DNA of 64,000 nucleotides from Trichoplax adhaerens. Taxonomy: Eukaryota; Animalia; Placozoa. The notes below the pieces were generated by a model. The model worked only from the letters and a program-made list of their open reading frames with translations, was not told where the DNA came from and made no database searches. Location of the stretch: assembly GCF_000150275.1 (NCBI RefSeq), contig NW_002060943.1, forward strand, positions 13,174,353-13,238,352, given 5' to 3'. The translations under genes were made by a program, and so were the position numbers. Below, piece by piece: positions 13,058 to 24,749 of the stretch. Every line of letters starts with the position of its first letter. The stretch's first letter is position 1.

Positions 13058-14003
13058 GTGATTGATATTGATATTAAGATGGATCGAATATTGCGAATGT
13101 CGCAAAGAGGTAGCNNNNNNNNNNNNNNNNNNNNNNNNNNNNNNNNNNNNNNNNNNNNNNNNNNNNNNNNNNNNNNNNNNNNNNNNNNNNNNNNNNNNNN
13201 NNNNNNNNNNNNNNNNNNNNNNNNAGAAGTGAGAGAGTAAGTGATTGATATTTATGTTCAGATGGATCGAAGATTGCTCATGTCGCCAAGAGGTTAGCAT
13301 AATGAAGGAAAGCCATGTTGGTTTCTAGAGCATCAACATGGAGGGAAAACAAACTTTGAAAGCTTTCATTTTTGAATCTTTCAAGCTAACCTAACGGAAG
13401 GGTGTCTAACGTAGAAAGTGAGAGAGTAAAGTGATTGATATTTATGTTAAGACGGATCGAATATGGCTAGTGTCGCCAAGAGGTTAGCATAATGAAGGAA
13501 AGCCATGTTGGTTTCTAGAGCATCAACATGGAGGGAAAACAAACTTTGAAAGCTTTCATTTTTGAATCTTTCAAGCTAACCTAACGGAAGGGTGTCTAAC
13601 GTAGAAAGTGAGAGAGTAAAGTGATTGATATTTATGTTAAGACGGATCGAATATGGCTAGTGTCGCCAAGAGGTTAGCATAATGAAGGAAAGCCATGTTG
13701 GTTTCTAGAGCATCAACATGGAGGGAAAACAAGCTTTGAAAGGTTTCATTTTTCAATCTTTCAAGCTAACCTAACGGAAGGGTGTCTAACGTAGAAAGTG
13801 AGAGAGTAAAGTGATTGATATTTATGTTAAGACGGATCGAATATGGCTAGTGTCGCCAAGAGGTTAGCATAATGAAGGAAAGCCATGTTGGTTTCTAGAG
13901 CATCAACATGGAGGGAAAACAAACTTTGAAAGCTTTCATTTTTGAATCTTTCAAGCTTAACATGGCTTAACGGAAGGGTGTCTAACGTACAAAGTGAGAG
14001 AGA
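13058..14003. repeat. Tandem array, 190-bp unit, at least 4 near-identical copies plus a diverged copy before the gap
   Basis: TTTATGTT(C/A)AGA starts at 13251, 13441, 13631 and 13821. Confidence 0.95.
13115..13224. other. Assembly gap (N run) inside the 190-bp array
   Basis: Run of N. Confidence 0.99.
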
Positions 14004-14617
14004 GAGAAAGTTGGCATGTGCATGATGGAAAATCATGTCGCTTTGAAAGTTCATTAGTTGATTGACTAGTAAAGTTGATTGACTACTGTAGTCAAAGGAG
14101 TTGGAACTGGAAAGGTTAAGCTAGGCCTATTTCAACATGTCGGTAACCGTATGCACGGCAAGGCATGACGAAGCCATGGAATGGACAATTCCCTTCCAGT
14201 CGATCCACCCCATTTGTGCCCCTATTCTATTCTCCATTCTCCATAGTCAAGGCTAATATTGATCTGTTGATGACCAAAGTAGAATATGGACAATGCAGTC
14301 TCTTTCCATGATTGTCAGCAGAATCAACATGAATTTGTTGTTCATCGTTGTCGGCCATTCTAGCCATTAGTAGCACATGACAACCCTCTGCTAGCCTTGT
14401 TTGAAAGGATTGAATTGTATACATTCATTGTGTATATTCGTCGACGCCATACGATCTCAGTAGTTTACCTCGACCTCTGGACATCCTTTTCACCCCAATG
14501 GACATTATGTAAATCAGTTTTTTTGTTTCTACTGTTAAATTGAATTTTCAAAAAATAACCAACAAAATAAAAGGTTATAATGGCTTGGCATACAGTAACA
14601 ATGTTACTAACGTTGAG

Positions 14618-14878
14618 GACGCTAGTGTTTGGCGGTGGAGAGGACTGTTTCAAGTGGGAGCCAAGCGTAAAAGGTTTGGACTCTGATGTCAAGGGGTAGC
14701 GTGGAAGAGCAACGCTGCACCTGCTGAACTGAATTGATAATATCGCTCCACCTTGGGATTCCAAGGGGTTAATAAACGTCGGCTTTGACCAGTCATTTTC
14801 GCTTAACGATTCTTTATCGTCTTCCTGCGGTGGCAATCTACTCCCGGTCCTGTCCAGTGGTAGACATCAATCGATCAG
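14618..14878 (+). ncRNA. Candidate structured RNA island A (unassigned)
   Basis: GC-richer island. TGATGTC(14684-90)/GACATCA(14863-69) encloses hairpins GTAGCGT/ACGCTGC, CCTTGG/CCAAGG and ACGAT/ATCGT. Manual folding only. Confidence 0.3.
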
Positions 14879-15011
14879 AATGGGTAGAGAAGTGGTAAAT
14901 ATACTTTGAATTACATTAAAGCATAGCATCATTTTGATTAGGATAGATGAAGGTAGAAAAGGAGCAATGTACAAGGGTGGATTTTTTTTTATGGACACCA
15001 TCTTGGATTAC

Positions 15012-15090
15012 CTTGTACTACTTTTGTCCCAAAGTCATGCGATGCTGGTGAGGCACGGCCAATGTTGTCTATTGGTTTGAATGGTTAGGC
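15012..15090 (-). other. Putative non-coding exon of a minus-strand spliced transcript
   Basis: Minus-strand acceptor CGTTTTTTTGCAG| and donor AAG|GTAATC, with stops in all three frames. A weaker neighbouring exon may lie at 14469-14531. Confidence 0.35.
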
Positions 15091-16934
15091 CTGCAAAAAA
15101 ACGATATCAATCAATCGTAGATACTTGCTCTCATCGTGTTGTGATCCTGTCTTAACACAGACTCAAACTTGTCTCCAGTAGCAATCGAGGTTCATCCATG
15201 ATAGACGAGTGGTCATGGAAAAAAAACGGACATGATAGCTAGAATAGTAAAGGAGCAAAAAAAAAAAAAAACTTTTTTGGGTGGGCTGATGCTTGTGATG
15301 TTACAACGATCGCTATATAGTTCCTCTGTGCCAACCAATTTCACCTTTTTACTGCTGTATCCTACTGTTATTGCCATTTCTTTTTCTTTTTCTAATCGTG
15401 CCATGCAGCTCATGCTTTGACGCTAGTTTCTTGGATTTGAGTTCCGCCATCATCCAATCTAAACTTGTTGCATCGTTAGCGTCCATGTGAGAACGCGTTG
15501 TTGACCAAGTACTGTACAGTATCGTAGTGATGAGCATGGAAAAGCAGGACTACTATTTTCACATCGACGATAAACGCCTTTCCAAGTAAAATGTTCTTGC
15601 CATGGATCAATTCAAACTCAATAAGAGCATTACCGTTGACGATGGATGATGTCTTGTCGTCAATTTCCTAACAGAATCGTCGCTAAATGGATGGCCGCAC
15701 ATTCACTCGATAGGGGATTGAGTGGAAAGTGACTAATGCAATTTTCAGCGTAACCCGTTGAAACTTTTAGCTGGCAGTATATTGATTGGCCCTGATTCCA
15801 TTGCAAGTATTACATTAATGCGTCCATGTCTATTTGTTCAACTAAAGTAATGCTATGTCATTAATAAACAGTGCTACTAAGTTAAGGGTATCCAACTATT
15901 CCTAAACCATAATTGAAATAAGAAGAACGGATCGACGCTGATGCTAATATTCCATTTTTGATCGTCATCGTTAGCATTTCAAGAGTAATCACATTCCACC
16001 GCTAAATGGTAACGCCGGGCATTGCAAAATGAGTAAAAAGTAAAAAAGGGCAAACTGAGATTCTCCATCCTGGGATATTTTGTTGATATCAACAAGAGGA
16101 TACTTTCCTTTTACAGTACTGTACTTACATTTTTTCTTTTTGAGATTGGATGAAAATAGTATACAGTTGCCACAATCGAAGTTACTGTGTCACTTTTGGT
16201 AAGAGGTGCTAGGGCTTTCCACTCTACTCGTAATTATTCTTGGAGTTATTTTAAGCTTGAGCGCCATGAGTTTTACATGGCGATAGCACTGGTAACCAAT
16301 GTCATCAAGGCGCAAAAATGAACTTTTACCGATAGTAATTTCAGTGCTGTTTGTATCAACGTTGCCATGTATGGACAGAATCAAGATCAATTGATTCATT
16401 CTACAACCGGTAGTCCATTTTTAATGAAGTGCTAATCTACCCGTTTATGTACATTGTCCATTCTCCAACTGGATTTGCCAACATGGAGCTGAAATGGCAA
16501 GTCGATCAGGGATGATGAGAAAAAAAAACATCTGAGCTAATCTCCCGTCGTAAACCAACACCAGCCAATCCCTCTCTGCCCATGATTGAAAAGATGGATC
16601 TATCTTTTTTTTTTGTCCCCCCTCCCCCCTCCCTCCACCTTCGTGGTTACTGCATAAGAGTAGAAGACATTTTTTTCTCCATTTTTTCCAAGCATTCTGT
16701 TTTAGTTTACTCTCATGATTGATGAATTGATTGATTTATGATGCAACCTTGTCCAGTTTGTACTAATGCTTGATGATTTTGGGGTGTAAACCAATGGGTC
16801 AATTGGCTTTCTTCTTCCATGTGGGTCGCCCTTGGCTTAGAGTACAGCCATACGCTGTCCAATTTCATCGTAGCAATGATGAACCAAGTGGAAATTGGGG
16901 TGGATGAGCAAAGAAAATCATTTGCAAACATCCA

Positions 16935-17264
16935 TCAGGCTTGCGATCGGAGGGCGCCATGACCAAGAAAAGTTTTGCAGACGGCGTACGTGCAGGGCAC
17001 CGCCTTCAACGCGCCCTGCTTGGAGGCGTAAGCAGTGATGTATCCCATACAGTCGTAAACGATGGAGTAGAGTGACAGAAATGAGGCAATCGAAAGTGGC
17101 GCGTTCACCGCAAGCTCGACCGCAGCGGTGTACAGTATCGTGGACTAGCGTAGGTTGGAGGTGGTCACTTATGCTGGACACCAGGAGGCTACTGTCCCAT
17201 ACATGACTACATCAGCCAGTCTGAGACTGTACAACACGACAGAAAATGATCGCATCCTGTCGTG
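16935..17264 (+). ncRNA. Candidate structured RNA island B (unassigned), directly upstream of the ~205-bp array
   Basis: Conspicuously GC-rich, with nested stems: TCAGGCT(16935-41)/AGTCTGA(17218-24), GCGCCA/TGGCGC, GCAGGGC/GCCCTGC, CACCGC/GCGGTG, and ACAGTA/TACTGT enclosing CTAGCGTAGGT/ACTTATGCTGG. A separate hairpin CACGACAG/CTGTCGTG follows. Confidence 0.45.
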
Positions 17265-17285
17265 GAAAAACTTGCCCAAAGGACC

Positions 17286-18490
17286 AAAATGGCTACCCAA
17301 AAAAGGAATCAACAGTTCAAAATCATCATGGCTGGTGCTGAATCAGCGTAGAATCGTTTGTAGACATTAGTTCAGACCTTCTTGGATAGCTGTAGTGAGC
17401 AAATGTTCAACAGACCCTTCAACCCAACACAACCTTCTATACTGTACTGTATAGGAGAGGAAAAGGTTGCGCCAAAGGCCGCTAGCGATTTAAAATGGCT
17501 ACCAAAAAAAGGAATCGACAGTTCAAAATCATCATGGCTGGTGCTGAATCAGGGTAGAATCGTTTGTAGACATTAGTTCAGACCTTCTTGGATAGCTGTA
17601 GTGAGCAAATGTTCAACAGACCCTTCAACCCAACACAACCTTCTATACTGTACTGTATAGGAGAGGAAAAGGTTGCGCCAGTTTCGCTAGTGATTAAAAT
17701 GGCTACCAAAAAAGGAATGGACAGTTCAGAATTATTATGACTAATGCTGAACCAGTGTAGAATCGATTGTAGACATTAGTTCAGACCTTCTTGGATAGCT
17801 GTAGTGAGCAAATGTTCAACAGACCCTTCAACCCAACACAACCTTCTATACTGTACTGTATAGTGAGAGGAAAAGGTTACGCCAAAGGCCGCTAACGATT
17901 CAAAATGGCTTGCAAAAAAAAAATGGACAGTTCAGAATCATCATGGCCAGTGCTGAACCAGGGTAGACATTAGTGTAATGCAATTGATCCGACATTAGTT
18001 CAGACCTTCTTGGATAGTGAGCAAATGTTCAGGAAATGTTCAACAGACCCTTCAACCCAACACAACCTTCTATACTAGTACTGTACAGAGAGGAAAAGGT
18101 TACGCCAAAGGTCGCTAGCGATTAAAATGGCTTGCAAAAACGGAATGGACAGTTCAGAATCATCATGGCCGGTGCTGAACCAGGGTAGACATTAGTTCAG
18201 ACCTTCTTGGATAGCTGTAGTGAGCAAATGTTCAGCAGACTCTTCAACCCGACACAACCTTCTATAGTAACTGTATAGTACTGTACAGAGAGGAAAAGGT
18301 TCCGCTAAAGGCTGTTAGCGGATAGTGTAAATTAAATGAAAATAGCTTGAGAACAAGGAATTGACAGTTCAGAATTATCTTGACTGGTGCTTAACAATTG
18401 CTAGAATCAATTGTAGAGATTAGTTCACACTTTCTTGGATAGTAAACAAATGTTCACAAAATGTTACACTGAGGAAAAGGTTGCAGCAAA
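17286..18490. repeat. Tandem array, ~203-206 bp unit, ~6 copies diverging rightwards
   Basis: TAGACATTAGTTCAGACCTTCTTGGATAG at 17361, 17567 and 17770, and again near 17990, 18186 and (degenerate) 18415. Confidence 0.93.
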
Positions 18491-18965
18491 TGCTTGCAAT
18501 CTGATTGAACGTGTAGAAACGCTAGTTGAAATCGAGAATCATGTCCATCCATTTGATTCGACCTGAGAAAGATTCGGTGATCGGTTGATTGCTGCTACGC
18601 TTGATTTTACCATTACTGTGCCCGTGTCTAATGGATGTATGGTCGTGTGGAGCCAATAAGTGGGCAACCATCACGACGGGGTGATAGTTTTCTTGTTAAG
18701 GTCCACTTTGAATATTTCGATATTTAAATACTGCACAGCCAGTCGATGTAGACTATTATAGTAGGCTAGCATTGGCAAGAAGGAAAAATGCATCTGATCA
18801 TCCTTGCCAGTAATGAAACCCATGTTTCTATAATACAAATTTAATTGGATTAGAGAGACATGGCGCAGTAGATGCCTGCAATCATGCGGTGCCAATCGAT
18901 GCATCACTCACCGAGTTACTTTAATTCATGAATGAATACAACATCGAGTAGAATGGAAGAGAGAG

Positions 18966-20878
18966 ATGGACGTATGCTCCGTCAAAGATTATTAGACATC
19001 CACTCTCCATACTGCTACCACACTATTTGTAATAACTTTTACTTTCTATCCTTGTAGGAATATTCAGCCGAAACGAGAGCGGCCAGAACGCGCCGTATGA
19101 ACTGCTGGATTTATTTCGTCCTGTTTATCCTTACAGCAGTTTCTGTCGTCATCATCATCGTCACTTATAGTACTCGTCCTGCCAACAAACTCAAGACTAC
19201 GCTTGCTGGTCGAAAGTACGATTGGCCAGCCACCTGTGATCAACGATTACAGTGGTGGCAAACTGGCATCATTTACCAAATTTATCCACGCTCTTTCCAA
19301 GATTCCAATGGTGATGGTGTTGGCGACCTTCGTGGTATTATGCAACGCTTGGATCATCTTAAATTTATCGGCGTTCAAACTGTCTGGTTAAGTCCTGTTT
19401 ACAAGTCGCCCATGAAAGATTTTGGTTATGATGTCTCCGACTACTATCAAATTGATCCTTTATTTGGTAATTTACGCGATTTCGATGCTATGTTGAAGGC
19501 CATGGGAGAGAAAGACATCAAGTTGGTGATGGATTTTGTACCCAATCATACATCCGATCTCAATCAATGGTTTATCGATAGTGTCAACAGAGAAAATGGC
19601 AAAGATGATTGGTACATGTGGGCTGATCCTAAAGCAAATAGCGTTCTTCCAGCCAACGAAAGCTATCCAAATAACTGGATTAGCGTATTTAGCGGATCCA
19701 TGTGGAATTATAATACGAAGCGTAGCCAATTTTATCTCCATCAATTCTTGAAAGAGCAACCTGATCTCAACTACACCAATCCAGAAGTTGTCCAAGCGTC
19801 TTACGATGTCATCTCCTTTTGGCTCAACAAAGGTGTCGATGGATTCCGTATTGATGCCATCAAGCATGTTTTTGAAAATCCTCTTTTACCCGATGAAGTT
19901 CGCAATCCTAATTTTAAACCTGGTGAACCTCCCTATAGCAGCCTTATCCATAATGAGACTACTGATTACCCACCACTACATCAATTATGCAAAGATTGGC
20001 GTAAAGTCATCGATAAATTTTCCACTTCGCAGAAGCCACGTTTCGCAGTGGGAGAAGCATACAATCCAATCCGTGAAATCATGAAGTATTACGGTACCAA
20101 TGGTGATGAATTCCATTTTCCTTTCAATTTCTTCTTGTTGACCTTAGGCGATTTTACCGGCACTGGTGTCAATAAAACTGTGGAAGATTGGATGTCTCAT
20201 GCACCCCGATGTGGCTGGCCAAATTGGGTTGTTGGTAACCATGATAATAACCGTATCTCTAAGCGTCGTGGCAACGCCTATGTCAGAGCAGTTAATGCTA
20301 TCAATTTGCTATTACCTGGTACTCCTACAACTTACTACGGTGAAGAAATCAACATGCAACATGTCGATATTGATCTTAGCGAAGCAAAAGATCCATTTGC
20401 TTTGCAAAATCCTGACATCTACAAAACTGTCGGCCGTGATCCAGAACGTACACCAATGCAATGGAATCGCTCTGCTAACGCTGGATTCACCAATGCTGGT
20501 GTCAAGCCATGGCTGCCAGTAGCAAGTGATTACCAAACTAGAAATGTTGCTGCACAAAGAGCCGATACTCATTCCGATTTATGGTGGTATAGGAGTTTAG
20601 CAAACCTTCGTTCATCCCACGATTCATTCAAATATCCAGGTTATCAAGCAATCAAGGCGACAAAAGATGTCTTTGCTTTCTTGCGTTTCCACAGAACTGA
20701 TACCTACAATTACTTAGTGGTGACTAATTTGGGCCAAAAGACATCAGTCGATTTGTCTGCTGTATCAGATGCTGGAGACATTGTATTATCTAGCACCTTC
20801 AAGAGAGTCGGAACTGTAGGTCTGGCTGCTATCGACTTAGATGTCGGCGAGGTCTTAGTATTTAGGATCAATAAGTAA
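18966..20878 (+). CDS. Type II membrane-anchored GH13 alpha-glucosidase (maltase / SLC3A1-rBAT-like), paralog 2
   Basis: Same intact motifs as paralog 1 (GVDGFRIDAIKH, VGEAY, VVGNHD, RDPERTPMQW). The frame is open upstream of 19097 to acceptor TTGTAG| at 19057 (EYSAETRAARTRR then TM). A possible ATG GAC micro-exon at 18966-18971 with donor GTATGC gives the start (uncertain). Confidence 0.92.
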
Positions 20879-22375
20879 TTTCCGAAGGCATAAAATTTCT
20901 GCTTTTATGTATTCTATCTAATCGTTGAAATAGAGTTTTACAATTGTTTCATCACCATTGCCAGTCTAAATTGGTTCGTTTGGATCATTTGAACTTGCTT
21001 CAAAATTGGCAGTAATAACATGGTGAATTAAAAATAGTTCCTATGTCTGTTATAAAAATGTTTTGTAGATTGACTAGGGTATCGTTTGTAGGCTTCATAA
21101 TTTTTGCTTTTGTGCTTGATTGCGTCTTGTAATGACGATAGAATTCTTCGGTAAGGCTATTGTACCAGCGTTTATAAAAATGTTCTCGTAATATTGATTT
21201 GAATTGTTGAGAAATGCGAGCCCACAGTACTCTTGTACGGCGAAGCAAACCGTAGAACGTAAACAAGTGTTATCATAGATACTTGGGGTTATCGTAATAA
21301 AAATTAAATTAAACCATCATCAAGTGCAAATGATTGTGTACTTACATCGACTGGTATTGAATGATTGCAAACGAATAGGCGAGCATGGAATACAGTAGAC
21401 GAGCGTATGAATTATTTTGCCAAAATACCACTATTCCTTTTACTCATCCATTTCTAAAGGAAGAAATAAATTATACTGTACTGTACAGTAGTTTGACCTA
21501 TATAGGACTTTGCAAGTGCGCGATTCTTCTTCATCTTATGCTGTAGTCTGTAGAGCGATCTTGTAGATTGTAACTCAAGTTGATACATTGGTGATCATAT
21601 TTGCATACACTTGACCTTGGTTAATGTTTTCTGCTATTTCGATGCTAAGGTCTTTTTTCGAAAGAACTTTCATTTAATACATTCCTTTCTGTAAATGTTA
21701 TAACTGTCGATCAAGGACATATACGTATGGTACCGAAATGATTGAAAATGAAACTTAAATTCATATCACACTGTAAATGCTGTTTAAATTGAACTAATAC
21801 AGACAGTTGTATAATTAATTATCATTCAGCGCAAAGCTTAAAAAGTGTAGCTGTTGATCATTCTATATCCGCCCATTGGCACTGTATAATTATGTGTTAT
21901 AATTGTTGTTACCACATGAAAAGTATCGCTAAGACATATAATTATGTTTGATTCCAGTAGTTTAATAGTTTAAAGTGAATGACAGAACTATCAAACCCTT
22001 CTTCGGTAGTTCGCAATGCAATGTTTTTACAAAAACGTCAGTAATAATGATGGGTTATGCCGATATAAACTGTATAAAACAAGCCCAAACTAGGATTGTG
22101 TAAATATGCCAATAGAGAGCTATAACATGTTGCAACCTAATAGGACTACAATACAGCATAGAGTACCAAATCAACATTGTTGAGGCTCGATAGAAGGAGG
22201 ACACAATAAAGTCATAGTAGGTCTTGCTGGTTCATGAAATATTGACTCCTCATCGAAGTCAGGTAATAATACTATCAAGCCAGAGGTCATGACTAATAAG
22301 ATTAATCTTATTAGTTGCTCTATTGGCAATTGATCCAGTCACATATGCCAGATAACTTTGCGCAATCTTAGGCGA

Positions 22376-22637
22376 GTCTGTTCTTGAATCTTACGTGCAT
22401 GCCAAGTGTTTCTATTAAGGCCAAAACAATATTGTTGAGCAGTAGTCAATGGATGAAAAGCTACTACAACGATGCAAGTGAAATTTGTTCTATATATTAC
22501 TAGTCGTCTGTTCTTGAATCTTATGTGCATGCCAAGTGTTTCTATTAAGGCCAAAACAATATTGTTGAGCAGTAGTCAATGGATGAAAAGCTACTACAAC
22601 GATGCAAGTGAAATTTGTTCTATATATTACTAGTCGT
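22376..22637. repeat. Near-perfect 130-bp direct duplication (2 copies)
   Basis: GTCTGTTCTTGAATCTTA..TACTAGTC starts at 22376 and 22506. Confidence 0.95.
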
Positions 22638-24749
22638 TGCATACGAATTGAAAGCGCCGTTAAAACTCGGATTGGCATGCAGTTACTCAGTTTTATTGCG
22701 AGATTAAAAGCCAAATCATCATCGATTATTTGTTAAAGTTATTCTAAAGTACTGTACACATAGACAATATTGAGACTGTAACACCATGAGAGAGAATCAG
22801 CTTCAGCGGTCTTTTTGATGTACGCAAGCCTCGCTATTGATTCAAGAATGCATTATATTCCTACCACAGTGCATATTAGTATCGGAATCAGTAATAACGC
22901 AATTAAATTATTGTAATTAGTTTAATTGTTTATTATTTTACAGAGCTTTGCAGAGTGTATATCGTTTACAAATTTGCGGTAAAATTTATGCCACTACAAT
23001 ACAGAAACGTCATTGCATCGAAATAAACTCCAGGTTTAGTATTTTCTACAGTGTATGTCATTAATGGTAACAAAGTAACTTCGACGATCAGTACCGTTAA
23101 AAGTGTTGACAAATTATAAGCTCTTTAATCGATGAAATAAGGATACGTTAAGTGACGAAGCCTTTGAATAAAACTGTATACGAATACCAAAGACTCTCTA
23201 TAATCAGTAAAGTAGTAACATTAGAGTTTAAGGAGAACATGTCATACATTAGATTACGGCATACCGATCATACGTGATCAACGTTATACGATAACAGAAA
23301 TACACGTAGAATGAATTTTAACGCTAAAGTTATCTTTAAAATATACAGTAGCATAGATAAAAGACTTGTTCAATGTCGCTATTATAGGTGACAGTACTCT
23401 TCGCATATACTTGAAAGTAAATTGACATAGTGATCATAGAGCAAATGAGGTAATATTCTTAAAAACTAACATTATATAATAAAATAACGCCATTTGTTAA
23501 TTAGTAACGCTCCAGAATACAACATCTACACATAGTCGATAGTAAAAAATATATCCAAAACTGCAACATCTACGCAATACTGTAGTCTTGTAGAAATGTT
23601 GGTAGAGTCTTCCACATGTTCAAGTATATTTACGTACGTACATTTATACACTGTATATATACAGTACATTTCTGTGCTGCATAGAATTACGTCAATATAC
23701 AGGATTAATTTACATAATAGCAAATTTTTGCTATAGTACCAGGTCTTAAAATGATTTACTAACAATTTGCTGAGGTAAGCTTCGATGATAATAATGAACT
23801 GATAACCAGTGTAAATGCAGCAAATTACTCTTAACGTACTTGAACTCTTTGCTGTCAGAGAAATATTTCAAGAATAAAAATAAAATAGAAAAAATAAAAT
23901 GTCAACCAATCTAATATAATTACTATATTTCTTCGGGTATAGTGCTTCCGTTCGTGATCGTTCCAGAAAGAATTCGATCTAATTTTTTCATACAGAGCTA
24001 AAGATTACTTTATCTTCATATGACACTATACTTATGATGTGTAAAGGTATGTGGTAGACCATCTAACATTCAACATAATTGTAGGGCCATTAAATCCAAG
24101 TTTTGTTAATATGGGTGATTGAAGCCGTGATATCCAATGAATAAACTAGATTGCATATAAGATATATACACCTTAGCACGATGATATTAACGACCTCGGG
24201 ACATTATTACGCTAAATTTGGGCAAATAATGGTTATGCTTTCACGGTTTGTACTTTACGAAATAAAATGGCATTAAATGGATGTCATCCTTCATCTCATG
24301 ACGATATATTACTATTAATATGACAATGAAGCAAAAAGCTTAACATAAATGTTGTTGCTTTTATACTACGTTAATCTAGAAATAATTTGTCACTAGTAAA
24401 TGATAGTTTCAATAATATCTTTATGAGATGTTTATATTGTACAATTCACCTAAGAAGGATAACAAAGCCAAGATAAGATATCGCAATTCGCGGTATAGTA
24501 TAGTCTGAGAAGTTAACAGTAATCACCAATAAAAGTCTTCATAATATTATACTATTATTGGTTATTTTAAACGAATTACATCCAGTACATGCATAGTATA
24601 GACGGAATAGAATGTCTCCAATAATACCAGTAAAAATTTTCCATTGATTTAGCAAATCTACAGCTTGCTGAAGCTAAAACGTTACAAATGAATACAATGG
24701 AGTAAATTAACCATTTCTAAACTTGATCAATTTTTTCGGATTAATATTA

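Noticed and set aside
14874-14938. Minus-strand C/D snoRNA-like pattern (ATGATGC...CTGA)
   Set aside because: Box C is imperfect, and only about 8 nt of possible 28S complementarity could be recalled.
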